A stretch of DNA of 64,000 bases from Patescibacteria group bacterium (GCA_016176685.1 JACOWS010000001.1:11577-75576), one strand, 5' to 3'. Shown: positions 29,472 to 39,738, counted from the first letter of the stretch. Notes: generated by a model from the sequence alone, not told the origin. A program made the numbers and translations.

Positions 29472-30978
29472 AGAGGAATCTAGCACGCCACGCAAGAAGC
29501 AGAATGCCGGCGACGAAAAGCGTTACCGGTAGGTTGCCAAAACGCGCGTAGAGCGTTTGGTGTGCGGGGCGCACCAGTACACTGCCCAAGAGCACCCCGC
29601 CTTGGCCTTGGCGCATCCATGCGGCAATGGAGCCATCGGCGTTTATAATAGCCGATGGGCCGAGCAGAGCCGCTCGCACCACCGGGATATCGTTTTCAAC
29701 CGCACGGTACTGCGCGGCGCGCACGCTAAACTCGCTTGCTACACCATCTGCAAACATGGCCTCCGACCCGATTGCGACAATTATAGAAGCGGAGGCCGCC
29801 TCGGCGCGCGCGCGAGATGCGCGATGGACTTCAGAACACACCAGGCCGCCAATAGACACACCGCCTACCATAACCGGAGCGCTCTTCCCGACCGAGATGT
29901 CAAAAGGCATAGAGTAAAGCCCGATGCTCCGCGCCCAGTTTGGCGTGTAATCCATAAACGGCACGAGAGATTCTTTTTGCGCTTCCCCAATGAGTCCTCG
30001 CTCTCCCCAGAACTGAAATCCGGTATATACGGACTCTCCCCTTTTTACATTGTTCCAGGTCGTCAGTGCGCTACTCTCTGGCACGCGAGAGGTAATCCAG
30101 CTAGAGAGAAGCTCATACCCTTCCGATACCGTTCCGGTGGCTATTGAGTCCGGATATATAACTAGGTCGGGAGCCGGCAAACCGACCTCTGCCAAGTAAT
30201 GGTCAAATTGAGGAAACGAAATGGTTCCGTCTGTGTTTGTTGCGGCAGTGGTGCGCTCGGCCAGCGAAGCAACCTGCAGTGTCGCTATAGAAAAACTTTT
30301 TGCTTCTCCTCTGATGCGCGCTAGATACCATTGGTTCCCCGCCCACAGGAGTACGAGCGCCGCTAGCACGATACCGACGGGGCGGGCGATACGCACGGCG
30401 CTTGGTGTATTCCTCACGAGGGATATTTCTGCCAAGGCCGCGTTGGCCCATGCGATTATAAACGATACAAAAAGCGCGCCGCCGACGCTCGCGAGGCTCA
30501 TAAGGGGCAGGAGCGCGGTGCCGGCGTGCGAGAGAGTCATAAGGTAGTACCCGCCCACGGGAAATTGCGCCACGTGCTCTATAGTCACATAGAGCGCCGC
30601 CGCGCAAAGCGTGTTGAGTATCATCGAACGTCCTCTGAGTACAGAGACCCCCAGCGCCCACAAACCAAACAAGGTCCCGTAGATAAGCGTGGCGGCCACC
30701 ACTCCCCCGTACTGTATTGCCGCAACAAAAAACTGCGTTGCGGGAAGCCAGTGGAATTGCACCACCAGGAGAAACGACACTTCAAGCGCCACCATACCGC
30801 CCGCAATAAATCCGGAAAGAAATACAAGGCGTTTCGGAACTCCCGCCGCGGCTACAAGATACAGCGGCAGGAGCGCCACAAAAAATAAAAGAGGAAGATA
30901 AAACGGATAGAAAGTGAGCATGAGTAGAGCTCCGGAGAAAACAGCACACAGGTACCAGCGCCTCTCACAAAAATCCAT
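29446..30978 (-). CDS. lnt: apolipoprotein N-acyltransferase-like protein
   Basis: TM N-terminus; nitrilase motifs K.SLVPF.DY.P, VCSE, RAVEN..P.VRA...GPSAII. Confidence 0.85.
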   Translation of the reverse strand: MDFCERRWYLCAVFSGALLMLTFYPFYLPLLFFVALLPLYLVAAAGVPKRLVFLSGFIAGGMVALEVSFLLVVQFHWLPATQFFVAAIQYGGVVAATLIYGTLFGLWALGVSVLRGRSMILNTLCAAALYVTIEHVAQFPVGGYYLMTLSHAGTALLPLMSLASVGGALFVSFIIAWANAALAEISLVRNTPSAVRIARPVGIVLAALVLLWAGNQWYLARIRGEAKSFSIATLQVASLAERTTAATNTDGTISFPQFDHYLAEVGLPAPDLVIYPDSIATGTVSEGYELLSSWITSRVPESSALTTWNNVKRGESVYTGFQFWGERGLIGEAQKESLVPFMDYTPNWARSIGLYSMPFDISVGKSAPVMVGGVSIGGLVCSEVHRASRARAEAASASIIVAIGSEAMFADGVASEFSVRAAQYRAVENDIPVVRAALLGPSAIINADGSIAAWMRQGQGGVLLGSVLVRPAHQTLYARFGNLPVTLFVAGILLLAWRARFLSKFPGRQV

Positions 30979-31028
30979 ATAACAATAGTATAACTCGACA
31001 GAATCCATTTTTTAGCTAGAATGCTTGC

Positions 31029-31598
31029 ATGCTTGAATACAATGAGATTTTGCCTAAAAAAATTATATTGCTCAGCGGCGAACCGTACGAGGTCTTGGAC
31101 GCGCACGTCTTTCGCAAACAGCAGCGCAAGCCGGTAAACCAGACCAAACTGCGCCATCTTATTACCGGCCGCGTTACCGAGCAGTCGTTCCACGGCTCGG
31201 AAAAAGTGGCGGAGGCGGACCTTTCAACCAAAGCGATAAAGTATATTTACAACAACCGCGGCGCGTGGTGGTTTTGCCTGCCAAACAACCCGGCAGGACG
31301 CTTTGAATTGTCGGCGGAGACGGTTGGCGCACAAGGGCAATTTTTGAAACCGAACACCGTGGTCGACGCACTGGTGTTTGATGAGAAAATAATTGCCTTG
31401 CGTGTACCTATCAAAGTAGAGCTTATCGTTAAAGAGGCGCCGCCCGCAGTGCGCGGCAACACCGCCCAGGGCGGCTCCAAGCAGATTGTCTTGGAAACGG
31501 GTGCCGCTATAAACGCCCCTTTGTTTGTAAACGAAGGCGACACAGTGCGGGTAAATACGGAGACAGGCACCTACGTGGAAAGAGTAGATAAAAAATAA
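31029..31598 (+). CDS. efp: elongation factor P
   Basis: P.VRGNTA.GG.K...LETG.....PLFV.EGD...VNT.TG.YVER. Confidence 0.93.
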   Translation: MLEYNEILPKKIILLSGEPYEVLDAHVFRKQQRKPVNQTKLRHLITGRVTEQSFHGSEKVAEADLSTKAIKYIYNNRGAWWFCLPNNPAGRFELSAETVGAQGQFLKPNTVVDALVFDEKIIALRVPIKVELIVKEAPPAVRGNTAQGGSKQIVLETGAAINAPLFVNEGDTVRVNTETGTYVERVDKK

Positions 31599-31611
31599 AC
31601 GGTGGTTAAAA

Positions 31612-31684
31612 CAAAAAGTTCTGAAAAAAGAGAGTAGGACTTGGCCTAGCGGCCCGGAGCGCTCTCTTTTTTCAGAACTTTTTG
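31612..31684. repeat. 73-nt hairpin element (23-bp arms, 27-nt conserved core)
   Basis: Perfect inverted arms; core matches the one inside argS at 26/27 nt. Confidence 0.9.
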
Positions 31685-31740
31685 AGAAAACTATTATCGA
31701 ACAATGTAAGGCTAAACCGTTTTACGGTCGCCCGATAATC

Positions 31741-31938
31741 CTATCGGATTATGTAGGGCAAGAGCGCCAGGTAGCGTGCGCGTTTTATAGCTTGCGAAAG
31801 CGCGCGCTGGTTTGCCGCGGAAAGGCCGGTGCGGCGGCGCGGCATAATTTTGCCGTGCGGGTTAAGAAAGCGCTTGAGCGTCTCAATATCTTTGTAGTCT
31901 ATTCCTTGGAGCTGTGTTCCGTATAACTCGCTTTGCAT
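31741..31938 (-). CDS. rpsR: 30S ribosomal protein bS18 (Cys-free type)
   Basis: IDYKD...L.RF....GKI.PRR.TG....QR....AIKRAR.LALLPY. Confidence 0.97.
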   Translation of the reverse strand: MQSELYGTQLQGIDYKDIETLKRFLNPHGKIMPRRRTGLSAANQRALSQAIKRARYLALLPYIIR

Positions 31939-31967
31939 AAATTTTCTTTTTTATTTTCTAGATAAAT

Positions 31968-32423
31968 TTAGAAGGGTATGTCGTCAGGGTTAATATCCTC
32001 CTGCGGGTACTCTATGGCGTCTTCTTTTGGTGCTCGTTGCGGGGTTTCGGCGTCGCTCTGTGTCGCACGCCCCGTTCCAGACGCCGAGGCCCCGCTCCCG
32101 CGCGGTCCAAATTGCACGCGCTCGGCAACCACCTCGGTGCGATACTGCTTGCCTTTCTCGGGGCTTTCCCACGTGCGGGTCTGGATGCGCCCCTCTATAA
32201 ACGCCGAGCTACCCTTTTTGAGATACTGCGCGGAAGTCTCGGCTTGGCGGCCAAACACGACAATGTTGTGGAACTCGGTCGCCTCTTGTTTGGTACCGTC
32301 GGCCTTGGAAAAAACGCGGTTCGTCGCCAGCCCAAACGAGCATACACTGCCGCCCGAAGGTAGCGAGCGCAACTCCGGGTCGCGGGTGAGGTTGCCAAAA
32401 AGAAATACTTTGTTGATGTACAT
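31968..32423 (-). CDS. ssb: single-stranded DNA-binding protein
   Basis: NKV.L.GNLTRDPE; C-terminal DDIPF. Confidence 0.98.
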   Translation of the reverse strand: MYINKVFLFGNLTRDPELRSLPSGGSVCSFGLATNRVFSKADGTKQEATEFHNIVVFGRQAETSAQYLKKGSSAFIEGRIQTRTWESPEKGKQYRTEVVAERVQFGPRGSGASASGTGRATQSDAETPQRAPKEDAIEYPQEDINPDDIPF

Positions 32424-32429
32424 AGCCGT

Positions 32430-32945
32430 TTAAGAGACAAGCGCCTCGATGCTCTTTTCAAGCTCTTCTTCCGACACCTCACCGCCCTTTTCGGGCATTG
32501 CGGTCGGTTTTTGTATAGTCTCGCCCTCGAGCCGGTCGGAGGTAAACACTGCTCGGCGCGGCGTTGCATCTTCTCGTACTGTTTGTATCAAAAGGTAGCG
32601 CAAAATGTTTTTGTCTCCACGTAGCAAAGTTTCAAGCGCGGCAATGTGCTCGCGCTCTGTGGCAAACTTGACCCAGCCAAAATAGCTTTCTGAAAACTTT
32701 TCCCGCTTGCCGGACAGGGCGCGCTCGATGGTGTACGCAAGCATCATCTTTACCGGAAACTGCTCGGTGATTATTTCTGCATCGCCAAGGCCGAGTTCGG
32801 CGCGGATAGCTTCCACCACGCCTGCCACTCCCGCCTCTTCTACCGTAGGCACGACATGGAACCCAACCTCGTATACCGGGCGTTGGTCTTTACTCTGCTT
32901 CGCTTGGGATGATACCTCAGCTTCGGCATGCGACATTTCTGCCAT
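32430..32945 (-). CDS. rpsF: 30S ribosomal protein bS6
   Basis: YEV.F, LAY.I, ILRYL; rpsF-ssb-rpsR synteny. Confidence 0.85.
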   Translation of the reverse strand: MAEMSHAEAEVSSQAKQSKDQRPVYEVGFHVVPTVEEAGVAGVVEAIRAELGLGDAEIITEQFPVKMMLAYTIERALSGKREKFSESYFGWVKFATEREHIAALETLLRGDKNILRYLLIQTVREDATPRRAVFTSDRLEGETIQKPTAMPEKGGEVSEEELEKSIEALVS

Positions 32946-32985
32946 GCGCGCATCGTAGCACAAGGTCCTTCGCCCCGCAAGACGT

Positions 32986-33840
32986 TCACACCTTAAAAAC
33001 TTTTTGTGCATTAGCGAGGGTTTGCTTTTGTATTTCTTTACTCGTTAACGACTTAACAATAGCGATTTTTTGGGCGACGTGTTCAACATATACCGGCTCG
33101 TTGCGTTTGCCGCGGTATGGTACCGGCGCGGCGAAAGGCGCATCGGTTTCTACCAACATCCGCTCGAGCGGACATACGCGGATAGACTCGTCGTACACGT
33201 CGGTGTAGGTAATAGGCCCGGGGAATGAAAGGTAACAACCCAAGTTTACATACTTCTGTGCCAACTCGCCCGAACCGGTAAAAAAATGAATAATCACCGA
33301 CACCTTCTTATTCTCTAATTCTGCAGAATATGAGAATAGTATTTCGAGCATATCGTCGTGAGCACTTTTTGTATTCGCGGTTCTCTGCTGAGAATCGCGG
33401 CAATGTATAATGAGCGGTTTTTTTATTTTTAAAGCGAGTGCAATTTGTTTTTCAAACCGCTCTTTTTGCCTCGCCCGTTCGGCCGCGGCCGAGGGCACCG
33501 TCCTCTCTTCCAATGTGCCGCCAGAGCGGAAGTAGTCCAGCCCGCACTCCCCAATAGCGACCACCCTTGGGTGGCGCGCGAGATCCTCATACTTTGATAT
33601 ATCAAAGTGTAGGGGGGTCGCCCGCCCCAAGTCCTTTGAAGGGTCATTGGGGTGTAGACCGACAGACGCCCACAAAAAATCGTGCTTTTCTGCAAGGGCT
33701 ATCCCCGCCCTACTTGTTTCCAGGTCGGTTCCCACCACCACGGCACCCATGTTCCTCTCTTGCATACGCGCCAGTACTTCGGCGAGATCTTTCTCGTACT
33801 GCGGCAGCTGCAGGTGGCAATGTGCGTCAAACAATTCCAT
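32986..33840 (-). CDS. tatD: TatD family DNase
   Basis: DAHCH, GLHP, IGECGLD, HCR, HFF, ETDAPF. Confidence 0.95.
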   Translation of the reverse strand: MELFDAHCHLQLPQYEKDLAEVLARMQERNMGAVVVGTDLETSRAGIALAEKHDFLWASVGLHPNDPSKDLGRATPLHFDISKYEDLARHPRVVAIGECGLDYFRSGGTLEERTVPSAAAERARQKERFEKQIALALKIKKPLIIHCRDSQQRTANTKSAHDDMLEILFSYSAELENKKVSVIIHFFTGSGELAQKYVNLGCYLSFPGPITYTDVYDESIRVCPLERMLVETDAPFAAPVPYRGKRNEPVYVEHVAQKIAIVKSLTSKEIQKQTLANAQKVFKV

Positions 33841-33874
33841 ATAACATACCAACATTCTCAAGTATGTGAGGATG

Positions 33875-35311
33875 TTATTCTTTGCGTGGGAAGAGGGTTG
33901 TGGGTTTTTTGTCAGTGATGACAGCTTCTTTTATTTTTTTGCTTGTTTCCGGCATAAATGGCTCGAGCATTTGGCCAATGCCTAACAACTCTCGGGTAAG
34001 GTCAAAAATAAGTTTTTTGCCCGCCTCGGGGTCGGATTTTACCAGTTTAAATGGCTCGGTGGCGGTTATTTTTTGGTCAAGCAATTGCACATGGCGAAAC
34101 GCTTCGTCGATGGCATGGTTTATTTCAAAGCGTTCAAACGCGTCTGTATAGTTTTTAGAGAAGTCGGCTGACTCGGGTTTGGTGCCACCTTCTAAATGGT
34201 CTTCAGCGAGCTTCATAATGCGGGCAACCAAGTTGCCCAACCCGTTGGCCAGGTTGGCATTGTATATTTCCTTAAAATGCTCGCGTGTTATATCTCCATC
34301 TTCAAACGGATTAATGTGACGAGTGAGATAATAACGCAGCGCATCAACGCCATATTCTGCAAGCAGTTCTTCCGGGTCTATAACATTGCCTAGTGTCTTA
34401 GACATTTTTTTACCGCCGGATGTTACAAAGCCGTGTACCAGCAGCATTGCGGGGAGCGGAAGTTTCGCCGAGAGAAGCATCGCCGGCCAAATGGCGGCAT
34501 GGAAGCGCAAAATATCTTTACCAAGCACATGTATGCCTGGCCAGAACTTCTGGTACAGCGCGTCGTCGCGCCCATAACCCAGGGCGGTAACGTAGTTTGA
34601 AAGTGCGTCGCACCACACATACATAACTTGTGAGTCGTCCCCGGGTACTGGGATGCCCAAACCAGGCGGCCAGTCGGTCTTGCGTGGCCTGGAGAAGCTC
34701 ACATCTTCAAGCCCGGAAGAAATGAAGGAGAGTATTTCATTACGACGTGTCTCCGGGATTATCTTGAGTGCGCCCGATGCTATTTTTTCTTTTAGAGTAT
34801 CTGCATACCTTGAAAGTTTAAAAAAATAATTTTCTTCTTTTATCTTTTCAGGCGCTGTGGCATGGTCGGGGCATTTACCATCTACCAAGTCTTTTTCGGT
34901 TACAAAGGCCTCATGTCCAACACAATAGAGCCCTTCATATTCTTTTTTATATATATCTCCAGCATCTACCAGCTTTTTCCACAGTAACTGAGCCCCGGGC
35001 CAGTGTGCCTGCTGGTCGGTTGTGCGAATAAACTGGTCGTAGGAAATACCGAGTTCTGCATAAAGACCCTTAAAAGTTGAGACAATATCATCAAGAAATG
35101 CAATCGGGTCTTCACCGACCTTGCGCGCGGCATCTACCATTTTCTGCGTATTCTCGTCAGACCCAGTGAGAAAATATGTCTCCTGCCCCATTAACCGTCT
35201 GTAGCGGACCAGAGTGTCGCTTATGGTAGTGGTATATGCATGACCAAGATGCAGCTTGGCATTGGGGTAGAAGATCGGGGTCGTGAGGTAAAACGGTTTT
35301 TTTTCCGACAT
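33875..35311 (-). CDS. metG: methionine--tRNA ligase (short form)
   Basis: HLGH, YVWCDAL.NY, GKDI.RFH, KMSKT. Confidence 0.96.
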   Translation of the reverse strand: MSEKKPFYLTTPIFYPNAKLHLGHAYTTTISDTLVRYRRLMGQETYFLTGSDENTQKMVDAARKVGEDPIAFLDDIVSTFKGLYAELGISYDQFIRTTDQQAHWPGAQLLWKKLVDAGDIYKKEYEGLYCVGHEAFVTEKDLVDGKCPDHATAPEKIKEENYFFKLSRYADTLKEKIASGALKIIPETRRNEILSFISSGLEDVSFSRPRKTDWPPGLGIPVPGDDSQVMYVWCDALSNYVTALGYGRDDALYQKFWPGIHVLGKDILRFHAAIWPAMLLSAKLPLPAMLLVHGFVTSGGKKMSKTLGNVIDPEELLAEYGVDALRYYLTRHINPFEDGDITREHFKEIYNANLANGLGNLVARIMKLAEDHLEGGTKPESADFSKNYTDAFERFEINHAIDEAFRHVQLLDQKITATEPFKLVKSDPEAGKKLIFDLTRELLGIGQMLEPFMPETSKKIKEAVITDKKPTTLFPRKE

Positions 35312-35319
35312 GGTAGACC

Positions 35320-36420
35320 TTATGCTTCCTCTTTTTCTTGTGCAAGCCCACCGGCATGGCGGGCGAGCTGTTGGGCCAGAGCCCGCGACTTTTTCTTGTC
35401 AATATCATTTACAAACTCTTGTATGGCGCCGGCAATGGGCACCGAGAGAAGGACGCCCAGAAAGCCGACGAGTTTAAATCCAACCAAAAGCGCCAATATA
35501 ACTAACAGGGGCGGCACGCCAACCACCTTTTTTACCACCACGGGGTAAATGAGGTGCGCCTCGAACTGCTGTACCACAACATAAAGCCCGGCGACCAACA
35601 GCGCCATGGTGGGCCCGCCGGCCGCGAACCCAAGCGCCACCGCAGGTATTGCGGCAAGTATCTGCCCAAACACCGGGATAAGCTCAAACAGGGCCGCCAA
35701 CACCGCAAGCAACAGCGCGTGCGGCACATCCAGTATAGTAAGCCCCAGGTATAGCAACACCCCCACTATAGCCGCAAGGATTATCTGCCCCTGCATCCAC
35801 TTGCCTATTTTTTGTTGCGAACGCTTCCATAGCTCCAATACATACGCCTGCTCTTTTACCGGCGTTACCACGCGCAGAAAGTCATCAACTCCTGTTTCTT
35901 GCACGGAAAAGTAGAAAGAAAAAACGACCACCAGTACGAACGAAGTTACCCCGCCAAAGAACGCGGATAGGGTGGTAAAAACACCGCCGGTCGTGTCGGC
36001 CAGCGTTTTGGAAACGCTGCGCAAAAGTTCCGCCGAGGAAAGAGTGTCCCCCGCATTACTCCACGGCAAGAGTCCGTGTGTTGCGTCGGAAATGGAAATA
36101 TTTAGCGCGGCGACGGTGTTTGGCAGGCTGGCAAGGAAGGTGGCGGCGTCTTCCAGAATAGGCGGGATGAAGAAAAACAGTACGCCAAAAAATATACCGG
36201 CAACCAGGGCGTACATAAAAACCACCGACAACAGTCGTGCAAAACCGTGACGAGTGAAAAAAAGGATTGCTGGCTCCATTGCCGAGGCAATGACCACCGC
36301 CGCAAGCACCACCAAGACCAGGTCCCGCAGGTAAAAGAGGAGTCCCAACAGGAGCACGAGAAGTATGGCTGCAATAATGCTCCCCGGCGATATGGAGATA
36401 TTAAAATGCCGGTCGTTCAT
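35320..36420 (-). CDS. AI-2E family transporter
   Basis: ELIPVFG, QQFE.H.I.P, G.LG.LL.VP motifs; multi-TM. Confidence 0.88.
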   Translation of the reverse strand: MNDRHFNISISPGSIIAAILLVLLLGLLFYLRDLVLVVLAAVVIASAMEPAILFFTRHGFARLLSVVFMYALVAGIFFGVLFFFIPPILEDAATFLASLPNTVAALNISISDATHGLLPWSNAGDTLSSAELLRSVSKTLADTTGGVFTTLSAFFGGVTSFVLVVVFSFYFSVQETGVDDFLRVVTPVKEQAYVLELWKRSQQKIGKWMQGQIILAAIVGVLLYLGLTILDVPHALLLAVLAALFELIPVFGQILAAIPAVALGFAAGGPTMALLVAGLYVVVQQFEAHLIYPVVVKKVVGVPPLLVILALLVGFKLVGFLGVLLSVPIAGAIQEFVNDIDKKKSRALAQQLARHAGGLAQEKEEA

Positions 36421-36452
36421 ACGGCCTATCATAGCATACGGGGTGGCGCCTC

Positions 36453-37757
36453 TTACGCGGCGAGCAGGGCGGAGAGTTTTGCGCCAAGCTCAATGCCTGG
36501 CACGCGCTCCTGCTCTCCGGTATCGCGGTCGCGCACAGTGACCGTGTCATCTTCAAGCGTTTCAAAGTCTACCGTGATGCACCACGGCGTGCCTATCTCG
36601 TCTTGCCGGCGATAGCGCTTACCGATATTGCCGTTGTCGTCCCACATCACCTGCGGTATTTCTTTTTTGAGCGCCTGATAGACTTCGCGTGCTTTTGCCA
36701 CAAGCTCCGGCTTGTTTTTGAGGAGAGGAAACACGGCGGCTTTAACGGGAGCTATGGCAGATTTCAACTTAAGGTACGTACGCTTTTCTCCCCCAAGCTC
36801 GTCTTCCGTATACGCGCTTGCGAGCACTGCAAGCACCGTGCGGCCAAGACCGAAAGTGGGCTCAATAACATGCGGAACAAATTTAGACCCGTCTTCTTCT
36901 GCATATTGCATATCTACTCCTGATTTTTCCATATGTTTAGAAAGGTCGTAGTTGGTGCGGTAGGCCAACCCATAGAGCTCTTTGCGACCGAATGGAAAAT
37001 CAAATTCGAAATCGATGGTGCGCTTGGAGTAGTGTGCGCGCTCATCCTCTGGAACATTTAGCTCATGCACCGAGTCTTTTTTGATGCCTACAGATTCTAT
37101 CCACCCCCACATTTCATTACGCCAATACTCAAACCATTTCTCCCACTCTGCCTCATTCACAAAATATTCAAACTCCATAAGGTCAAACTCTCGTACGCGG
37201 AAAAGGAAATCTCGCGGAGCGATTTCGTTTCGAAATGCCTTGCCACTTTGCGCGATGCCAAATGGTAGTTTGGGGTGAAAAGAGTCGATAATATTTTTAA
37301 AATTGACGAACATCCCTTGCGCTATTTCTCCACGAAGGTATCCACGCGAGGCACCGACGGTGCTCCCCAAGTCAACAGGAAAAAGCAGGTTAAACATTTT
37401 TGGCTTGCCAAGTTTGCCTTTGCACTCTGGGCAGTGCTCGCCTTCTACCTGGTCGGAGCGAAAGCGGTGTTTACACTTTGCACACTCAACCATCGGGTCG
37501 GTAAACCCCTCAAGATGCCCGCTTGCCGCCCATACCACCTCTGGCATAACAATACTGGAGTCGAGCCCATACATGTCATCACGAGAGCTGACAAATTGCC
37601 GCCACCACAGGTTTTCAATATTTTTTTTAAGCGCAACGCCAAGCGGTCCGTAGTCCCACGTGCCGGCAAGCCCGCCGTAAATTTCCGAACCCTGGTATAC
37701 AAACCCCCTGCGCTTGCACAGCGAAACAATTTTTTCCATTAAGTCAGTTTCTGTCAT
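36453..37757 (-). CDS. glyQS: glycine--tRNA ligase (alpha2 type)
   Basis: SEIYGG, GKAFRNEI, VIEPTFG, IGKRYRRQDEIGTP. Confidence 0.96.
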   Translation of the reverse strand: MTETDLMEKIVSLCKRRGFVYQGSEIYGGLAGTWDYGPLGVALKKNIENLWWRQFVSSRDDMYGLDSSIVMPEVVWAASGHLEGFTDPMVECAKCKHRFRSDQVEGEHCPECKGKLGKPKMFNLLFPVDLGSTVGASRGYLRGEIAQGMFVNFKNIIDSFHPKLPFGIAQSGKAFRNEIAPRDFLFRVREFDLMEFEYFVNEAEWEKWFEYWRNEMWGWIESVGIKKDSVHELNVPEDERAHYSKRTIDFEFDFPFGRKELYGLAYRTNYDLSKHMEKSGVDMQYAEEDGSKFVPHVIEPTFGLGRTVLAVLASAYTEDELGGEKRTYLKLKSAIAPVKAAVFPLLKNKPELVAKAREVYQALKKEIPQVMWDDNGNIGKRYRRQDEIGTPWCITVDFETLEDDTVTVRDRDTGEQERVPGIELGAKLSALLAA

Positions 37758-37771
37758 AAAGTCCTGTTTTA

Positions 37772-39715
37772 CTATTTCGGGGCGACGATGTCCATGCCGC
37801 TAACAAAACCACTCTCCCCCGCTACGCTGGTGGTGGGGGCTGGGGCGCTCGCCTGCACAGCCACCTGGGCAAACCGGTCTTGGCCAGAAAGGAGTGTACC
37901 TCCGGTGAGCAAAGGTGCGGTACCTACCTGGCTGGTGCTGGGTGTAAATCGTACTTGGAAGGCCGCCTGGTTTTGCGCGAGCGTGTACCCAGTCCCCGCC
38001 TTTATATCGCCAATAGTCCAGCGCACGGTGCGGCTAGCACTGTCGTAGGTAAGGTTGTTGCCCGGCTGTGCCGCCACAAACTCAATGTACGGCGGCAGTA
38101 CGGTTGAAACGCTCGCATTGGCAACGGTGTTGGTTGGGTTTTTAACCGTCCACATAATAGTGTAAGTGGTTGGCGACTCCGCGCGCGGCGGCATAGGGCC
38201 GCTGTTTACAAACGGACCGGTAAAATGCCGCGCCTCTGCCAAAAGCGATAAGACCGAGGCCAGCCGTACCTCGGCCGACGCAACAGAGGACACTGTCTCC
38301 GACGCTCCACCATCCCCTACCCTGGTGCCCTTCACGGTTAAATTAAGCTCGATGGTCGGGTTAGTTATCAGCACATTATTTGCACCAGGAAGGAGCGAGC
38401 TGAAGGAAAATTGCAGCGCTCCGCCCCCACCAGGCGGCACTTGCGCCAACGTCGGCTCCTGGTCCTTTGTCCAAATGATAGAAGAGTTTGCCGACTGGTA
38501 AAATCCGTTTACCGCACTTATAGAATTTCCGTCGAGCGCCGGCCCAGCAAACGACAATGCTAGTTCTAGGTTGGCGACCGAGTCAGGTAGATTATTTTTC
38601 CAGGTCACCACTCCTTTGATCCCCGCACCCGGCACAACCGCGATTGCCTTGCCACTCTGTCCGGCAACTGAAATGGTGCCGGAAATGAATGGTAGACGCA
38701 CGGTGAGTGTCTGCGGCACCTCAAGAAATGGCACCGTAACGTGCGGGTCGGTGGCATCGGTATTGGACCCGACCAGAAAGCGAAATATGCGCTCGTCGCC
38801 GTCTTGCCCGTCTATCGTTCCCACAATATGGATAGTTTTTGTGGAGCCGGGAGCCATGGTGCCAAGCATCCACAAGGTGCTGCCGCCAGCCGCCGCTTTC
38901 GGACTCGTACTTACTGGAGAAAAACCAAACGGGTACCGTGCCTCAACCGCAACCGTTGCAATGGAGGTAGGTGCATTTGCGCGCACCTCGATGTCGATAG
39001 GAAATTGTTCGCCTGCGACTGCCTCCGCTGGGACACGTACTGTGAGAGACACCGGGGAGGAACCTATAACAAAACTCTGCTCAATCTTTTTTTGGAACAC
39101 CGCATTTGACCCGGCAACGCTGTACTCAAGGGTTACTAGCACTTTTTCTTGGGCACCTTCATTGCCATAGAAGAGCCCGGAGACAGTGCGTTTTATCTGC
39201 TCTCCGGACGCAATGGTGCCAATGGAGATTCTCTCGTGCGCTAAGGGCTCCGTAGGGTCGACGGGACTGCGCGTATCTCCAGGATAGTCGACAACCAGAT
39301 CCACCAACTGGAGAGCTGTCTGGTTTCGGTTTTGCACCAGTATCTGGAATGACGCTTCTTTTCCGCCGTCTACAAGAGACGGCGCGACAATTTCTATGTC
39401 GATATTTTGAGGGGAGATCAGATTTCCTCCGCCAAAAAACATAAAAGCCGCCACGGCGCTTGCCCCAACAAAAAAGAGCATGGAGGATATAAGAAATGTT
39501 CGCGCTACCGATCGTGTTTTTTTTGCCATAGGTATAGGTGTTTCAATAGAGATATCTTCTGACTCGCCCCTGGCGTGGACGTCGCTCCAGGCGGTCGGGA
39601 CTGACGACTCTTTTTTGGAAAGCGCGGTTCTCTCCTCCCCAACGTCTGTCTTTGCCGTGCGGTCATAGAGGCGCCCTTTGAGCCGCTCTACGGCATCTTT
39701 TTCGTCCCTTTCCAT
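37772..39715 (-). CDS. large membrane-anchored beta-sandwich hypothetical protein
   Basis: Single TM then Ig/DUF11-like domains (GP.PP....TTYTI.W). Confidence 0.75.
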   Translation of the reverse strand: MERDEKDAVERLKGRLYDRTAKTDVGEERTALSKKESSVPTAWSDVHARGESEDISIETPIPMAKKTRSVARTFLISSMLFFVGASAVAAFMFFGGGNLISPQNIDIEIVAPSLVDGGKEASFQILVQNRNQTALQLVDLVVDYPGDTRSPVDPTEPLAHERISIGTIASGEQIKRTVSGLFYGNEGAQEKVLVTLEYSVAGSNAVFQKKIEQSFVIGSSPVSLTVRVPAEAVAGEQFPIDIEVRANAPTSIATVAVEARYPFGFSPVSTSPKAAAGGSTLWMLGTMAPGSTKTIHIVGTIDGQDGDERIFRFLVGSNTDATDPHVTVPFLEVPQTLTVRLPFISGTISVAGQSGKAIAVVPGAGIKGVVTWKNNLPDSVANLELALSFAGPALDGNSISAVNGFYQSANSSIIWTKDQEPTLAQVPPGGGGALQFSFSSLLPGANNVLITNPTIELNLTVKGTRVGDGGASETVSSVASAEVRLASVLSLLAEARHFTGPFVNSGPMPPRAESPTTYTIMWTVKNPTNTVANASVSTVLPPYIEFVAAQPGNNLTYDSASRTVRWTIGDIKAGTGYTLAQNQAAFQVRFTPSTSQVGTAPLLTGGTLLSGQDRFAQVAVQASAPAPTTSVAGESGFVSGMDIVAPK

Positions 39716-39738
39716 TGTGCTCTAGTATAGCAGACGGC

